DNA of 64,000 bases from positions 22,258,001-22,322,000 of the forward strand of contig OZ059895.1 of assembly GCA_964057225.1 (NCBI GenBank), given 5' to 3'. The position numbers and the translations under genes were made by a program. Shown piece by piece: positions 15,001 through 29,800 of the stretch. Source of the stretch: Auanema rhodensis (Eukaryota; Animalia; Nematoda). Position 1 is the first letter of the stretch, and each line of letters starts with the position of its first letter. The notes below the pieces were generated by a model. The model saw nothing but the letters and a program-made list of their open reading frames with translations. It made no database searches and had not been told where the DNA came from.

Positions 15001-15600
15001 GAAAGATAAAGAGATGCGGTTTTCAAAATAGATTCCCCATTTCCATATTAGTCTAAAAACAAATTTTTATTGATATTGGTGCATGGCAACCATGACTTTG
15101 AAATTTACGTGAACTTTAATTTATGCTAATTAAGTGTACACATGATATGCACTTGGTATGTAACTCGCTTCACGTCAAAGATAAAGAGATGCGGTTTTCA
15201 AAATTAGATTCCCCATGTCCATATTAGTCTAAAAACAAATTTTTATTAATATTGGTGCATGGAAACCATGACTTTGAAATTTACGTGAACTTTAATTTAT
15301 GCTAATTAAGTGTACACATGATGTGCACTTGGTATGTAACTCGCTTCACGTGAAAGATGAAGAGATGCGGTTTTCAAAAAAATTAGATTCCTCATGTCCA
15401 TATTAGTCTAAAAACGATTTTTTATTGATATTGGTGCATGGTAACCATGACTTTGAAATTTACGTGAACTTTAATTTATGCTTATTAAGTGTACACGTGA
15501 TGTGCACTTGGTATGTAACTCGCTTCACGTGAAAGATAAACGGATGCGGTTTTCAAAATTAGATTCCCCATTTCCATATTAGTCTAAAAACAAATTTTTA
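1..15600 (+). repeat. Variant domain with ~6.3-6.5 kb (36-37 monomer) superperiod, three partial copies
   Basis: GCCTTTGG at 10/6521/13036; TGTCACTC at 372/6883/13398; CACGTTAAAG at 1439/7774/14113; +3 bp A-tract after TTTTC at 1819/8154/14493 and 9036/15375. Offsets are 6511-6515 and 6335-6339. Confidence 0.8.
2295..4060 (+). repeat. 5-monomer (880 bp) HOR, two tandem copies
   Basis: Rare variants TGCGCTTTTCGAAAATAG (2341, 3221) and GGCGCATGG (2757, 3637) are each exactly 880 bp apart. Boundaries are approximate. Confidence 0.85.
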
Positions 15601-16379
15601 TTGATATTGGTGCATGGTAACCATGACTTTGAAATTTACGTGAACTTCAATTTATGCTAATTAAGTGTACACGTGATGTGCACTTGGTATGTAACTCGCT
15701 TCACGTGAAAGATGAAGAGATGCGGTTTTCAAAATTAGATTCCCCATTTCCATATTAGTCTAAAAACAAATTTTTATTGATATTGGTGCATGGTAACCAT
15801 GACTTTGAAATTTACGTGAACTTTAATTTATGCTAATTAAGTGTACACATGATGTGCACTTGGTATGTAACTCGCTTCACGTCACAGATAAAGAGATGCG
15901 GTTTTCAAAATTAGATTCCCCATTTCCATATTAGTCTAAAAACAAATTTTTATTGATATTGGTGCATGGTAACCATGACTTTGAAATTTACGTGAACTTT
16001 AATTTATGCTAATTAAGTGTACACATGATGTGCACTTGGTATGTAACTCGCTTCACGTCAAAGATAAAGAGATGCGGTTTTCAAAATTAGATTCCCCATG
16101 TCCATATTAGTCTAAAAACAAATTTTTATTAATATTGGTGCATGGTAACCATGACTTTGAAATTTACGTGAACTTTAATTTATGCTAATTAAGTGTACAC
16201 ATGATGTGCACTTGGTATGTAACTCGCTTCACGTGAAAGATGAAGAGATGCGGTTTTCAAAATTAGATTCCTCATGTCCATATTAGTCTAAAAACAAATT
16301 TTTATTGATATTGGTGCATGGCAACCATGACTTTAAAATTTACGTGAACTTTAATTTATGCTAATTAAGTGTACACATG

Positions 16380-19300
16380 ATGTGCACTTGGTATGTAATT
16401 CGCTTCAAGTCAAAGATAAAGAGATGCGGTTTTCAAAATTAGATTCCCTATGTCCATATTAGTCTAAAAACAAATTTTTATTAATATTGGTGAATGGTAA
16501 CCATGACTTTGAAATTTACGTGAACTTTAATTTATGCTAATTAAGTGTACACATGATGTGCACTTGGTATGTAACTCGCTTCACGTGAAAGATGAAGAGA
16601 TGCGGTTTTCAAAATTAGATTCCTCATGTCCATATTAGTCTAAAAACACATTTTTGTTGATATAGGTGGATGGTAACCATGACTTTGAAATTTACGTGAA
16701 CTTCAATTTATGCTAATTAAGTGTACACATGATGTGCACTTGGTATGTAATTCGCTTCAAGTCAAAGATAAAGAGATGCGGTTTTCAAAATTAGATTCCC
16801 TATGTCCATTTTAGTCTAAAAACGAATTTTTATTGATATTGGTGCATGGTAACCATGACTTTGAAATTTACGTGAACTTTAATTTATGCTAATTAAGTGT
16901 ACACATGATGTGCTCTTGGTATGTAACTCGCTTCACGTGAAAGATGAAGAGATGCGGTTTTCAAAATTAGATTCCTCATGTCCATATTAGTCTAAAAACA
17001 CATTTTTGTTGATATAGGTGGATGGTAACCATGACTTTGAAATTTACGTGAACTTTAATTTATGCTAATTAAGTGTACACATGATGTGCACTTGGTATGT
17101 AACTCGCTTCACGTCAAAGATAAAGAGATGCGGTTTTCAAAATTAGATTCCCCATTTCCATATTAGTCTAAAAACAAATTTTTATTGATATTGGTGCATG
17201 GTAACCATGACTTTGAAATTTACGTGAACTTTAATTTATGCTAATTAAGTGTACACATGATGTGCACTTGGTATGTAACTCGCTTCACGTCAAAGATAAA
17301 GAGATGCGGTTTTCAAAATTAGATTCCCCATGTCCATATTAGTCTAAAAACAAATTTTTATTAATATTGGTGCATGGTAACCATGACTTTGAAATTTACG
17401 TGAACTTTAATTTATGCTAATTAAGTGTACACATGATGTGCACTTGGTATGTAACTCGCTTCACGTGAAAGATGAAGAGATGCGGTTTTCAAAATTAGAT
17501 TCCTCATGTCCATATTAGTCTAAAAACAAATTTTTATTGATATTGGTGCATGGCAACCATGACTTTAAAATTTACGTGAACTTTAATTTATGCTAATTAA
17601 GTGTACACATGATGTGCACTTGGTATGTAATTCGCTTCAAGTCAAAGATAAAGAGATGCGGTTTTCAAAATTAGATTCCCTATGTCCATATTAGTCTAAA
17701 AACAAATTTTTATTAATATTGGTGAATGGTAACCATGACTTTGAAATTTACGTGAACTTTAATTTATGCTAATTAAGTGTACACATGATGTGCACTTGGT
17801 ATGTAACTCGCTTCACGTGAAAGATGAAGAGATGCGGTTTTCAAAATTAGATTCCTCATGTCCATATTAGTCTAAACACACATTTTTGTTGATATAGGTG
17901 GATGGTAACCATGACTTTGAAATTTACGTGAACTTCAATTTATGCTAATTAAGTGTACACATGATGTGCACTTGGTATGTAATTCGCTTCAAGTCAAAGA
18001 TAAAGAGATGCGGTTTTCAAAATTAGATTCCCTATGTCCATATTAGTCTAAAAACAAATTTTTATTAATATTGGTGAATGGTAACCATGACTTTGAAATT
18101 TACGTGAATTTTAATTTATGCTAATTAAGTGTACACATGATGTGCACTTGGTATGTAACTCGCTTCACGTGAAAGATAAAGAGATGCGGTTTTCAAAATA
18201 GATTCCCCATTTCCATATTAGTCTAAAAACAAATTTTTATTGATATTGCTGCATGGCAACCATGACTTTAAAATTTACGTGAACTTTAATTTATGCTAAT
18301 TAAGTGTACACATGATGTGCACTTGGTATGTAACTCGCTTTACGTCAAAGATAAAGAGATGCGGTTTTCAAAATTAGATTCCCCATGTCCATATTAGTCT
18401 AAAAACAAATTTTTATTAATATTGGTGCATGGTAACCATGACTTTGAAATTTACGTGAACTTAAATTTATGCTAATTAAGTGTACACATGATGTGCACTT
18501 GGTATGTAACTCGCTTCACGTCAAAGATAAAGAGATGCGGTTTTCAAAATTAGATTCCCCATGTCCATATTAGTCTAAAAACAAATTTTTATTAATATTG
18601 GTGCATGGTAACCATGACTTTGAAATTTACGTGAACTTTAATTTATGCTAATTAAGTGTACACATGATGTGCACTTGGTATGTAACTCGCTTCACGTGAA
18701 AGATGAAGAGATGCGGTTTTCAAAATTAGATTCCTCATGTCCATATTAGTCTAAAAACAAATTTTTATTGATATTGGTGCATGGCAACCATGACTTTGAA
18801 ATTTACGTGAACTTTAATTTATGCTAATTAAGTGTACACATGATGTGCACTTGGTATGTAACTCGCTTCACGTGAAAGATGAAGAGATGCGGTTTTCAAA
18901 ATTAGATTCCTCATGTCCATATTAGTCTAAAAACAAATTTTTATTGATATTGGTGCATGGCAACCATGACTTTAAAATTTACGTGAACTTTAATTTATGC
19001 TAATTAAGTGTACATATGATGTGCACTTGGTATGTAATTCGCTTCAAGTCAAAGATAAAGAGATGCGGTTTTCAAAATTAGATTCCCTATGTCCATATTA
19101 GTCTAAACACACATTTTTATTAATATTGGTGGATGGTAACCATGACTTTGAAATTTACGTGAACTTCAATTTATGCTAATTAAGTGTACACATGATGTGC
19201 ACTTGGTATGTAACTCGCTTCACGTGAAAGATGAAGAGATGCGGTTTTCAAAATTAGATTCCTCATGTCCATATTAGTCTAAAAACACATTTTTGTTGAT

Positions 19301-22300
19301 ATAGGTGGATGGTAACCATGACTTTGAAATTTACGTGAACTTCAATTTATGCTAATTAAGTGTACACATGATGTGCACTTGGTATGTAATTCGCTTCAAG
19401 TCAAAGATAAAGAGATGCGGTTTTCAAAATTAGATTCCCTATGTCCATATTAGTCTAAAAACAAATTTTTATTAATATTGGTGAATGGTAACCATGACTT
19501 TGAAATTTACGTGAACTTTAATTTATGCTAATTAAGTGTACACATGATGTGCACTTGGTATGTAACTCGCTTCACGTGAAAGATAAAGAGATGCGGTTTT
19601 CAAAATAGATTCCCCATTTCCATATTACTCTAAAAACAAATTTTTATTGATATTGCTGCATGGCAACCATGACTTTAAAATTTACGTGAACTTTAATTTA
19701 TGCTAATTAAGTGTACACATGATGTGCACTTGGTATGTAACTCGCTTTACGTCAAAGATAAAGAGATGCGGTTTTCAAAATTAGATTCCCCATGTCCATA
19801 TTAGTCTAAAAACAAATTTTTATTAATATTGGTGCATGGTAACCATGACTTTGAAATTTACGTGAACTTAAATTTATGCTAATTAAGTGTACACATGATG
19901 TGCACTTGGTATGTAACTCGCTTCACGTCAAAGATAAAGAGATGCGGTTTTCAAAATTAGATTCCCCATGTCCATATTAGTCTAAAAACAAATTTTTATT
20001 AATATTGGTGCATGGTAACCATGACTTTGAAATTTACGTGAACTTTAATTTATGCTAATTAAGTGTACACATGATGTGCACTTGGTATGTAACTCGCTTC
20101 ACGTGAAAGATGAAGAGATGCGGTTTTCAAAATTAGATTCCTCATGTCCATATTAGTCTAAAAACAAATTTTTATTGATATTGGTGCATGGCAACCATGA
20201 CTTTAAAATTTACGTGAACTTTAATTTATGCTAATTAAGTGTACACATGATGTGCACTTGGTATGTAATTCGCTTCAAGTCAAAGATAAAGAGATGCGGT
20301 TTTCAAAATTAGATTCCCTATGTCCATATTAGTCTAAAAACAAATTTTTATTAATATTGGTGAATGGTAACCATGACTTTGAAATTTACGTGAACTTTAA
20401 TTTATGCTAATTAAGTGTACACATGATGTGCACTTGGTATGTAACTCGCTTCACGTGAAAGATGAAGAGATGCGGTTTTCAAAATTAGATTCCTCATGTC
20501 CATATTAGTCTAAAAACACATTTTTGTTGATATAGGTGGATGGTAACCATGACTTTGAAATTTACGTGAACTTCAATTTATGCTAATTAAGTGTACACAT
20601 GATGTGCACTTGGTATGTAATTCGCTTCAAGTCAAAGATAAAGAGATGCGGTTTTCAAAATTAGATTCCCTATGTCCATATTAGTCTAAAAACAAATTTT
20701 TATTAATATTGGTGAATGGTAACCATGACTTTGAAATTTACGTGAACTTTAATTCATGCTAATTAAGTGTACACATGATGTGCACTTGGTATGTAACTCG
20801 CTTCACGTGAAAGATAAAGAGATGCGGTTTTCAAAATAGATTCCCCATTTCCATATTAGTCTAAAAACAAATTTTTATTGATATTGCTGCATGGCAACCA
20901 TGACTTTAAAATTTACGTGAACTTTAATTTATGCTAATTAAGTGTACACATGATGTGCACTTGGTATGTAACTCGCTTTACGTCAAAGATAAAGAGATGC
21001 GGTTTTCAAAATTAGATTCCCCATGTCCATATTAGTCTAAAAACAAATTTTTATTAATATTGGTGCATGGTAACCATGACTTTGAAATTTACGTGATCTT
21101 TAATTTATGCTAATTAAGTGTACACATGATGTGCACTTGGTATGTAACTCGCTTTACGTCAAAGATAAAGAGATACGGTTTTTAAAATTAGATTCCCCAT
21201 TTCCATGTTAGTCTAAAAACAAATTTTTATTGATATTGGTGCATGGCAACCATGACTTTAAAATTTACGTGAACTTAAATTTATGCTAATTAAGTGTACA
21301 CATGTTGTGCACTTGGTATGTAACTCGCTTCACGTGAAAGATGAAGAGATGCGGTTTTCAAAATTAGATTCCTCATGTCCATATTAGTCTAAAAACAAAT
21401 TTTTATTGATATTGGTGCATGGCAACCATGACTTTGAAATTTACGTGAACTTTAATTTATGCTAATTAAGTGTACACATGATGTGCACTTGGTATGTAAC
21501 TCGCTTCACGTGAAAGATGAAGAGATGCGGTTTTCAAAATTAGATTCCTCATGTCCATATTAGTCTAAAAACAAATTTTTATTGATATTGGTGCATGGCA
21601 ACCATGACTTTAAAATTTACGTGAACTTTAATTTATGCTAATTAAGTGTACATATGATGTGCACTTGGTATGTAATTCGCTTCAAGTCAAAGATAAAGAG
21701 ATGCGGTTTTCAAAATTAGATTCCCTATGTCCATATTAGTCTAAACACACATTTTTATTAATATTGGTGGATGGTAACCATGACTTTGAAATTTACGTGA
21801 ACTTCAATTTATGCTAATTAAGTGTACACATGATGTGCACTTGGTATGTAACTCGCTTTACGTGAAAGATAAAGAGATGCGGTTTTCAAAATAGGTTCCC
21901 CATTTCCATATTAGTCTAAAAACAAATTTTTATTGATATTGCTGCATGGCAACCATGACTTTAAAATTTACGTGAACTTTAATTTATGCTAATTAAGTGT
22001 ACACATGATGTGCACTTGGTATGTAACTCGCTTTACGTCAAAGATAAAGAGATGCGGTTTTCAAAATTAGATTCCCCATGTCCATATTAGTCTAAAAACA
22101 AATTTTTATTAATATTGGTGCATGGTAACCATGACTTTGAAATTTACGTGATCTTTAATTTATGCTAATTAAGTGTACACATGATGTGCACTTGGTATGT
22201 AACTCGCTTTACGTCAAAGATAAAGAGATACGGTTTTTAAAATTAGATTCCCCATTTCCATGTTAGTCTAAAAACAATTTTTATTGATATTGGTGCATGG

Positions 22301-25300
22301 CAACCATGACTTTAAAATTTACGTGAACTTAAATTTATGCTAATTAAGTGTACACATGTTGTGCACTTGGTATGTAACTCGCTTCACGTGAAAGATGAAG
22401 AGATGCGGTTTTCAAAATTAGATTCCTCATGTCCATATTAGTCTAAAAACAAATTTTTATTGATATTGGTGCATGGCAACCATGACTTTGAAATTTACGT
22501 GAACTTTAATTTATGCTAATTAAGTGTACACATGATGTGCACTTGGTATGTAACTCGCTTCACGTGAAAGATGAAGAGATGCGGTTTTCAAAATTAGATT
22601 CCTCATGTCCATATTAGTCTAAAAACAAATTTTTATTGATATTGGTGCATGGCAACCATGACTTTAAAATTTACGTGAACTTTAATTTATGCTAATTAAG
22701 TGTACATATGATGTGCACTTGGTATGTAATTCGCTTCAAGTCAAAGATAAAGAGATGCGGTTTTCAAAATTAGATTCCCTATGTCCATATTAGTCTAAAC
22801 ACACATTTTTATTAATATTGGTGGATGGTAACCATGACTTTGAAATTTACGTGAACTTCAATTTATGCTAATTAAGTGTACACATGATGTGCACTTGGTA
22901 TGTAACTCGCTTCACGTGAAAGATAAAGAGATGCGGTTTTCAAAATAGATTCCCCATTTCCATATTAGTCTAAAAACAAATTTTTATTGATATTGCTGCA
23001 TGGCAACCATGACTTTAAAATTTACGTGAACTTTAATTTATGCTAATTAAGTGTACACATGATGTGCACTTGGTATGTAACTCGCTTTACGTCAAAGATA
23101 AAGAGATGCGGTTTTCAAAATTAGATTCCCCATGTCCATATTAGTCTAAAAACAAATTTTTATTAATATTGGTGCATGGTAACCATGACTTTGAAATTTA
23201 CGTGATCTTTAATTTATGCTAATTAAGTGTACACATGATGTGCACTTGGTATGTAACTCGCTTTACGTCAAAGATAAAGAGATACGGTTTTTAAAATTAG
23301 ATTCCCCATTTCCATGTTAGTCTAAAAACAAATTTTTATTGATATTGGTGCATGGCAACCATGACTTTAAAATTTACGTGAACTTAAATTTATGCTAATT
23401 AAGTGTACACATGTTGTGCACTTGGTATGTAACTCGCTTCACGTGAAAGATGAAGAGATGCGGTTTTCAAAATTAGATTCCTCATGTCCATATTAGTCTA
23501 AAAACAAATTTTTATTGATATTGGTGCATGGCAACCATGACTTTAAAATTTACGTGAACTTTAATTTATGCTAATTAAGTGTACACATGATGTGCACTTG
23601 GTATGTAACTCGCTTCACGTGAAAGATGAAGAGATGCGGTTTTCAAAATTAGATTCCTCATGTCCATATTAGTCTAAAAACAAATTTTTATTGATATTGG
23701 TGCATGGCAACCATGACTTTAAAATTTACGTGAACTCTAATTTATGCTAATTAAGTGTACATATGATGTGCACTTGGTATGTAATTCGCTTCAAGTCAAA
23801 GATAAAGAGATGCGGTTTTCAAAATTAGATTCCCTATGTCCATATTAGTCTAAACACACATTTTTATTAATATTGGTGGATGGTAACCATGACTTTGAAA
23901 TTTACGTGAACTTTAATTTATGCTAATTAAGTGTACACATGATGTGCACTTGGTATGTAACTCGCTTCACGTGAAAGATGAAGAGATGCGGTTTTCAAAA
24001 TTAGATTCCCCATGTCCATATTAGTCTAAACACAAATTTTTATTGATATTGGTGCATGGCAACCATGACTTTAAAATTTACGTGAACTTTAATTTATGCT
24101 AATTAAGTGTACATATGATGTGCACTTGGTATGTAATTCGCTTCAAGTCAAAGATAAAGAGATGCGGTTTTCAAAATTAGATTCCCTATGTCCATATTAG
24201 TCTAAACACACATTTTTATTAATATTGGTGGATGGTAACCATGACTTTGAAATTTACGTGAACTTCAATTTATGCTAATTAAGTGTACACATGATGTGCA
24301 CTTGGTATGTAACTCGCTTCACGTGAAAGATAAAGAGATGCGGTTTTCAAAATAGATTCCCCATTTCCATATTAGTCTAAAAACAAATTTTTATTGATAT
24401 TGCTGCATGGCAACCATGACTTTAAAATTTACGTGAACTTTAATTTATGCTAATTAAGTGTACACATGATGTGCACTTGGTATGTAACTCGCTTTACGTC
24501 AAAGATAAAGAGATGCGGTTTTCAAAATTAGATTCCCCATGTCCATATTAGTCTAAAAACAAATTTTTATTAATATTGGTGCATGGTAACCATGACTTTG
24601 AAATTTACGTGATCTTTAATTTATGCTAATTAAGTGTACACATGATGTGCACTTGGTATGTAACTCGCTTTACGTCAAAGATAAAGAGATACGGTTTTTA
24701 AAATTAGATTCCCCATTTCCATGTTAGTCTAAAAACAAATTTTTATTGATATTGGTGCATGGCAACCATGACTTTAAAATTTACGTGAACTTAAATTTAT
24801 GCTAATTAAGTGTACACATGTTGTGCACTTGGTATGTAACTCGCTTCACGTGAAAGATGAAGAGATGCGGTTTTCAAAATTAGATTCCTCATGTCCATAT
24901 TAGTCTAAAAACAAATTTTTATTGATATTGGTGCATGGCAACCATGACTTTGAAATTTACGTGAACTTTAATTTATGCTAATTAAGTGTACACATGATGT
25001 GCACTTGGTATGTAACTCGCTTCACGTGAAAGATGAAGAGATGCGGTTTTCAAAATTAGATTCCTCATGTCCATATTAGTCTAAAAACAAATTTTTATTG
25101 ATATTGGTGCATGGCAACCATGACTTTAAAATTTACGTGAACTTTAATTTATGCTAATTAAGTGTACATATGATGTGCACTTGGTATGTAATTCGCTTCA
25201 AGTCAAAGATAAAGAGATGCGGTTTTCAAAATTAGATTCCCTATGTCCATATTAGTCTAAACACACATTTTTATTAATATTGGTGGATGGTAACCATGAC

Positions 25301-26230
25301 TTTGAAATTTACGTGAACTTCAATTTATGCTAATTAAGTGTACACATGATGTGCACTTGGTATGTAACTCGCTTCACGTGAAAGATGAAGAGATGCGGTT
25401 TTCAAAATTAGATTCCTCATGTCCATATTAGTCTAAAAACACATTTTTGTTGATATAGGTGGATGGTAACCATGACTTTGAAATTTACGTGAACTTCAAT
25501 TTATGCTAATTAAGTGTACACATGATGTGCACTTGGTATGTAATTCGCTTCAAGTCAAAGATAAAGAGATGCGGTTTTCAAAATTAGATTCCTTATGTCC
25601 ATATTAGTCTAAAAACAAATTTTTATTAATATTGGTGAATGGTAACCATGACTTTGAAATTTACGTGAACTTTAATTCATGCTAATTAAGTGTACACATG
25701 ATGTGCACTTGGTATGTAACTCGCTTCACGTGAAAGATAAAGAGATGCGGTTTTCAAAATAGATTCCCCATTTCCATATTAGTCTAAAAACAAATTTTTA
25801 TTGATATTGCTGCATGGCAACCATGACTTTAAAATTTACGTGAACTTCAATTTATGCTAATTAAGTGTACACATGATGTGCACTTGGTATGTAACTCGCT
25901 TTACGTCAAAGATAAAGAGATGCGGTTTTCAAAATTAGATTCCCCATGTCCATATTAGTCTAAAAACAAATTTTTATTAATATTGGTGCATGGTAACCAT
26001 GACTTTGAAATTTACGTGATCTTTAATTTATGCTAATTAAGTGTACACATGATGTGCACTTGGTATGTAACTCGCTTTACGTCAAAGATAAAGAGATACG
26101 GTTTTTAAAATTAGATTCCCCATTTCCATGTTAGTCTAAAAACAAATTTTTATTGATATTGGTGCATGGCAACCATGACTTTAAAATTTACGTGAACTTA
26201 AATTTATGCTAATTAAGTGTACACATGTTG
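16380..26230 (+). repeat. Variant domain with variable 6/7/8-mer HOR
   Basis: The GCTGCA variant (in ATTGCTGCA) lies at 18248, 19655, 20886, 21941, 22995, 24402 and 25809 (spacings 1407, 1231, 1055, 1054, 1407, 1407). CATGTTGTG lies at 21301, 22355, 23410, 24817 and 26224. Other domain markers are GTAATTCGC, GGTGAATGG, GTGATCTTT and GATACGGTTTTTAAA. Confidence 0.85.
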
Positions 26231-26899
26231 TGCACTTGGTATGTAACTCGCTTCACGTCAAAGATAAAGAGATGCGGTTTTCAAAATTAGATTCCCCATG
26301 TCCATATTAGTCTAAAAACAAATTTTTATTAATATTGGTGCATGGTAACCATGACTTTGAAATTTACGTGAACTTTAATTTATGCTAATTAAGTGTACAC
26401 ATGATGTGCACTTGGTATGTAACTCGCTTCACGTCAAAGATAAAGAGATGCGGTTTTCAAAATTAGATTCCCCATGTCCATATTAGTCTAAAAACAAATT
26501 TTTATTAATATTGGTGCATGGTAACCATGACTTTGAAATTTACGTGAACTTTAATTTATGCTAATTAAGTGTGCACATGATGTGCACTTGGTATGTAACT
26601 CGCTTCACGTGAAAGATGAAGAGATGCGGTTTTCAAAATTAGATTCCTCATGTCCATATTAGTCTAAAAACGAATATTTATTGATATTGGTGCATGGTAA
26701 CCATGACTTTGAAATTTACGTGAACTTTAATTTATGCTAATTAAGTGTACACATGATGTGCACTTGGTATGTAACTCGCTTCATGTGAAAGATGAAGAGA
26801 TGCGGTTTTCAAAATTAGATTCCTCATGTCCATATTAGTCTAAAAACGAATTTTTATTAATATTTGTGCATGGTAACCATGACTTTGAAATTTACGTGA

Positions 26900-29800
26900 A
26901 CTTTAATTTATGCTAATTAAGTGTACACATGATGTGCACTTGGTATGCAACTCGCTTCACGTGAAAGATGAAGAGATGCGGTTTTCAAAATTAGATTCCC
27001 CATGTCCATATTAGTCTAAAAACAAATTTTTATTAATATTGGTGCATGGTAACCATGACTTTGAAATTTACGTGTACTTCAATTTATGCTAATTAAGTGT
27101 ACACGTGATGTGCGCTTGGTATGTAACTCGCTTCACGTGAAAGATGAAGAGATGCGGTTTTCAAAATTAGATTCCCCATGTCCATATTAGTCTAAAAACA
27201 AATTTTTATTAATATTGGTGCATGGTAACCATGACTTTGAAATTTACGTGAACTTCAATTTATGCTAATTAAGTGTACACGTGATGTGCGCTTGGTATGT
27301 AACTCGCTTCACGTGAAAGATGAAGAGATGCGGTTTTCAAAATTAGATTCCCCATTTCCATATTAGTCTAAAAACAAATTTTTATTGATATTGGTGCATG
27401 GTAACCATGACTTTGAAATTTACGTGAACTTCAATTTATGCTAATTAAGTGTACACATGATGTGCACTTGGTATGTAACTCGCTTCAAGTCAAAGATAAA
27501 GAGATGCGGTTTTCAAAATTAGATTCCCTATGTCCATATTAGTCTAAAAACAAATTTTTATTAATATTGGTGCATGGTAACCATGACTTTGAAATTTACG
27601 TGAACTTTAATTTATGCTAATTAAGTGTACACGTGATGTGCACTTGGTATGTAACTCGCTTCACGTGAAAGATAAAGAGATGCGGTTTTCAAAATTAGAT
27701 TCCCCATTTCCAAATTAGTCTAAAAACAAATTTTTATTGATATTGGTGCATGGTAACCATGACTTTGAAATTTACGTGAACTTTAATTTATGCTAATTAA
27801 GTGTACACATGATGTGCACTTGGTATGCAACTCGCTTCACGTGAAAGATGAAGAGATGCGGTTTTCAAAATTAGATTCCCCATGTCCATATTAGTCTAAA
27901 AACAAATTTTTATTAATATTGGTGCATGGTAACCATGACTTTGAAATTTACGTGAACTTTAATTTATGCTAATTAAGTGTACACATGATGTGCACTTGGT
28001 ATGTAACTCGCTTCACGTCAAAGATAAAGAGATGCGGTTTTCAAAATTAGATTCCACATGTCCATATTAGTCTAAAAACGAATTTTTATTGATATTGGTG
28101 CATGGTAACCATGACTTTGAAATTTACGTGAACTTTAATTTATGCTAATTAAGTGTACACATGATGTGCACTTGGTATGTAACTCGCTTCACGTGAAAGA
28201 TAAAGGGATGCGGTTTTCAAAATTAGATTACCCATGTCCATATTAGTCTAAAAACAAATTTTTATTGATATTGGTGCATGGTAACCATGACTTTGAAATT
28301 TACGTGAACTTTAATTTATGCTTATTAAGTGTACACGTGATGTGCACTTGGTATGTAACTCGCTTCACGTGAAAGATAAAGGGATGCGGTTTTCAAAATT
28401 AGATTCCCCATGTCCATATTAGTCTAAAAACAAATTTTTATTGATATTGGTGCATGGTAACCATGACTTTGAAATTTACGTGAACTTCAAATTATGCTAA
28501 TTAAGTGTACACGTGATGTGCGCTTGGTATGTAACTCGCTTCACGTGAAAGATGAAGAGATGCGGTTTTCAAAATAGATTCCCCATTTCCATATTAGTCT
28601 AAAAACAAATTTTTATTGATATTGGTGCATGGTAACCATGACTTTGAAATTTACGTGAACTTCAATTTATGCTAATTAAGTGTACACATGATGTGCACTT
28701 GGTATGTAACTCGCTTCAAGTCAAAGATAAAGAGATGCGGTTTTCAAAATTAGATTCCCTATGTCCATATTAGTCTAAAAACAAATTTTTATTAATATTG
28801 GTGCATGGTAACCATGACTTTGAAATTTACGTGAACTTCAATTTATGCTAATTAAGTGTACACGTGATGTGCGCTTGGTATGCAACTCGCTTCACGTGAA
28901 AGATGAAGAGATGCGGTTTTCAAAATTAGATTCCCCATGTCCATATTAGTCTAAAAACAAATTTTTATTAATATTGGTGCATGGTAACCATGACTTTGAA
29001 ATTTACGTGAACTTCAATTTATGCTAATTATGTGTACACGTGATGTGCGCTTGGTATGTAACTCGCTTCACGTGAAAGATGAAGAGATGCAGTTTTCAAA
29101 ATTAGATTCCCCATTTCCATATTAGTCTAAAAACAAATTTTTATTAATATTGGTGCATGGTAACCATGACTTTGAAATTTACGTGAACTTTAATTTATGC
29201 TAATTAAGTGTACACATGATGTGCACTTGGTATGTAACTCGCTTCACGTCGAAGATAAAGAGATGCGGTTTTCAAAATTAGATTCCCCATGTCCATATTA
29301 GTCTAAAAACAAATTTTTATTAATATTGGTGCATGGTAACTATGACTTTGAAATCTACGTGAACTTCAATTTATGCTAATTAAGTGTACACGTGATGTAC
29401 GCTTGGTATGTAACTCGCTTCACGTGAAAGATGAAGAGATGCGGTTTTCAAAATTAGATTCCCCATTTCCATATTAGCCTAAAAACAAATTTTTATTGAT
29501 ATTGGTGCATGGTAACCATGACTTTGAAATTTACGTGAACTTCAATTTATGCTAATTAAGTGTACACATGATGTGCACTTGGTATGTAACTCGCTTCAAG
29601 TCAAAGATAAAGAGATGCGGTTTTCAAAATTAGATTCCCTATGTCCATATTAGTCTAAAAACAAATTTTTATTAATATTGGTGCATGGTAACCATGACTT
29701 TGAAATTTACGTGAACTTTAATTTATGCTAATTAAGTGTACACGTGATGTGCACTTGGTATGTAACTCGCTTCACGTGAAAGATAAAGAGATGCGGTTTT

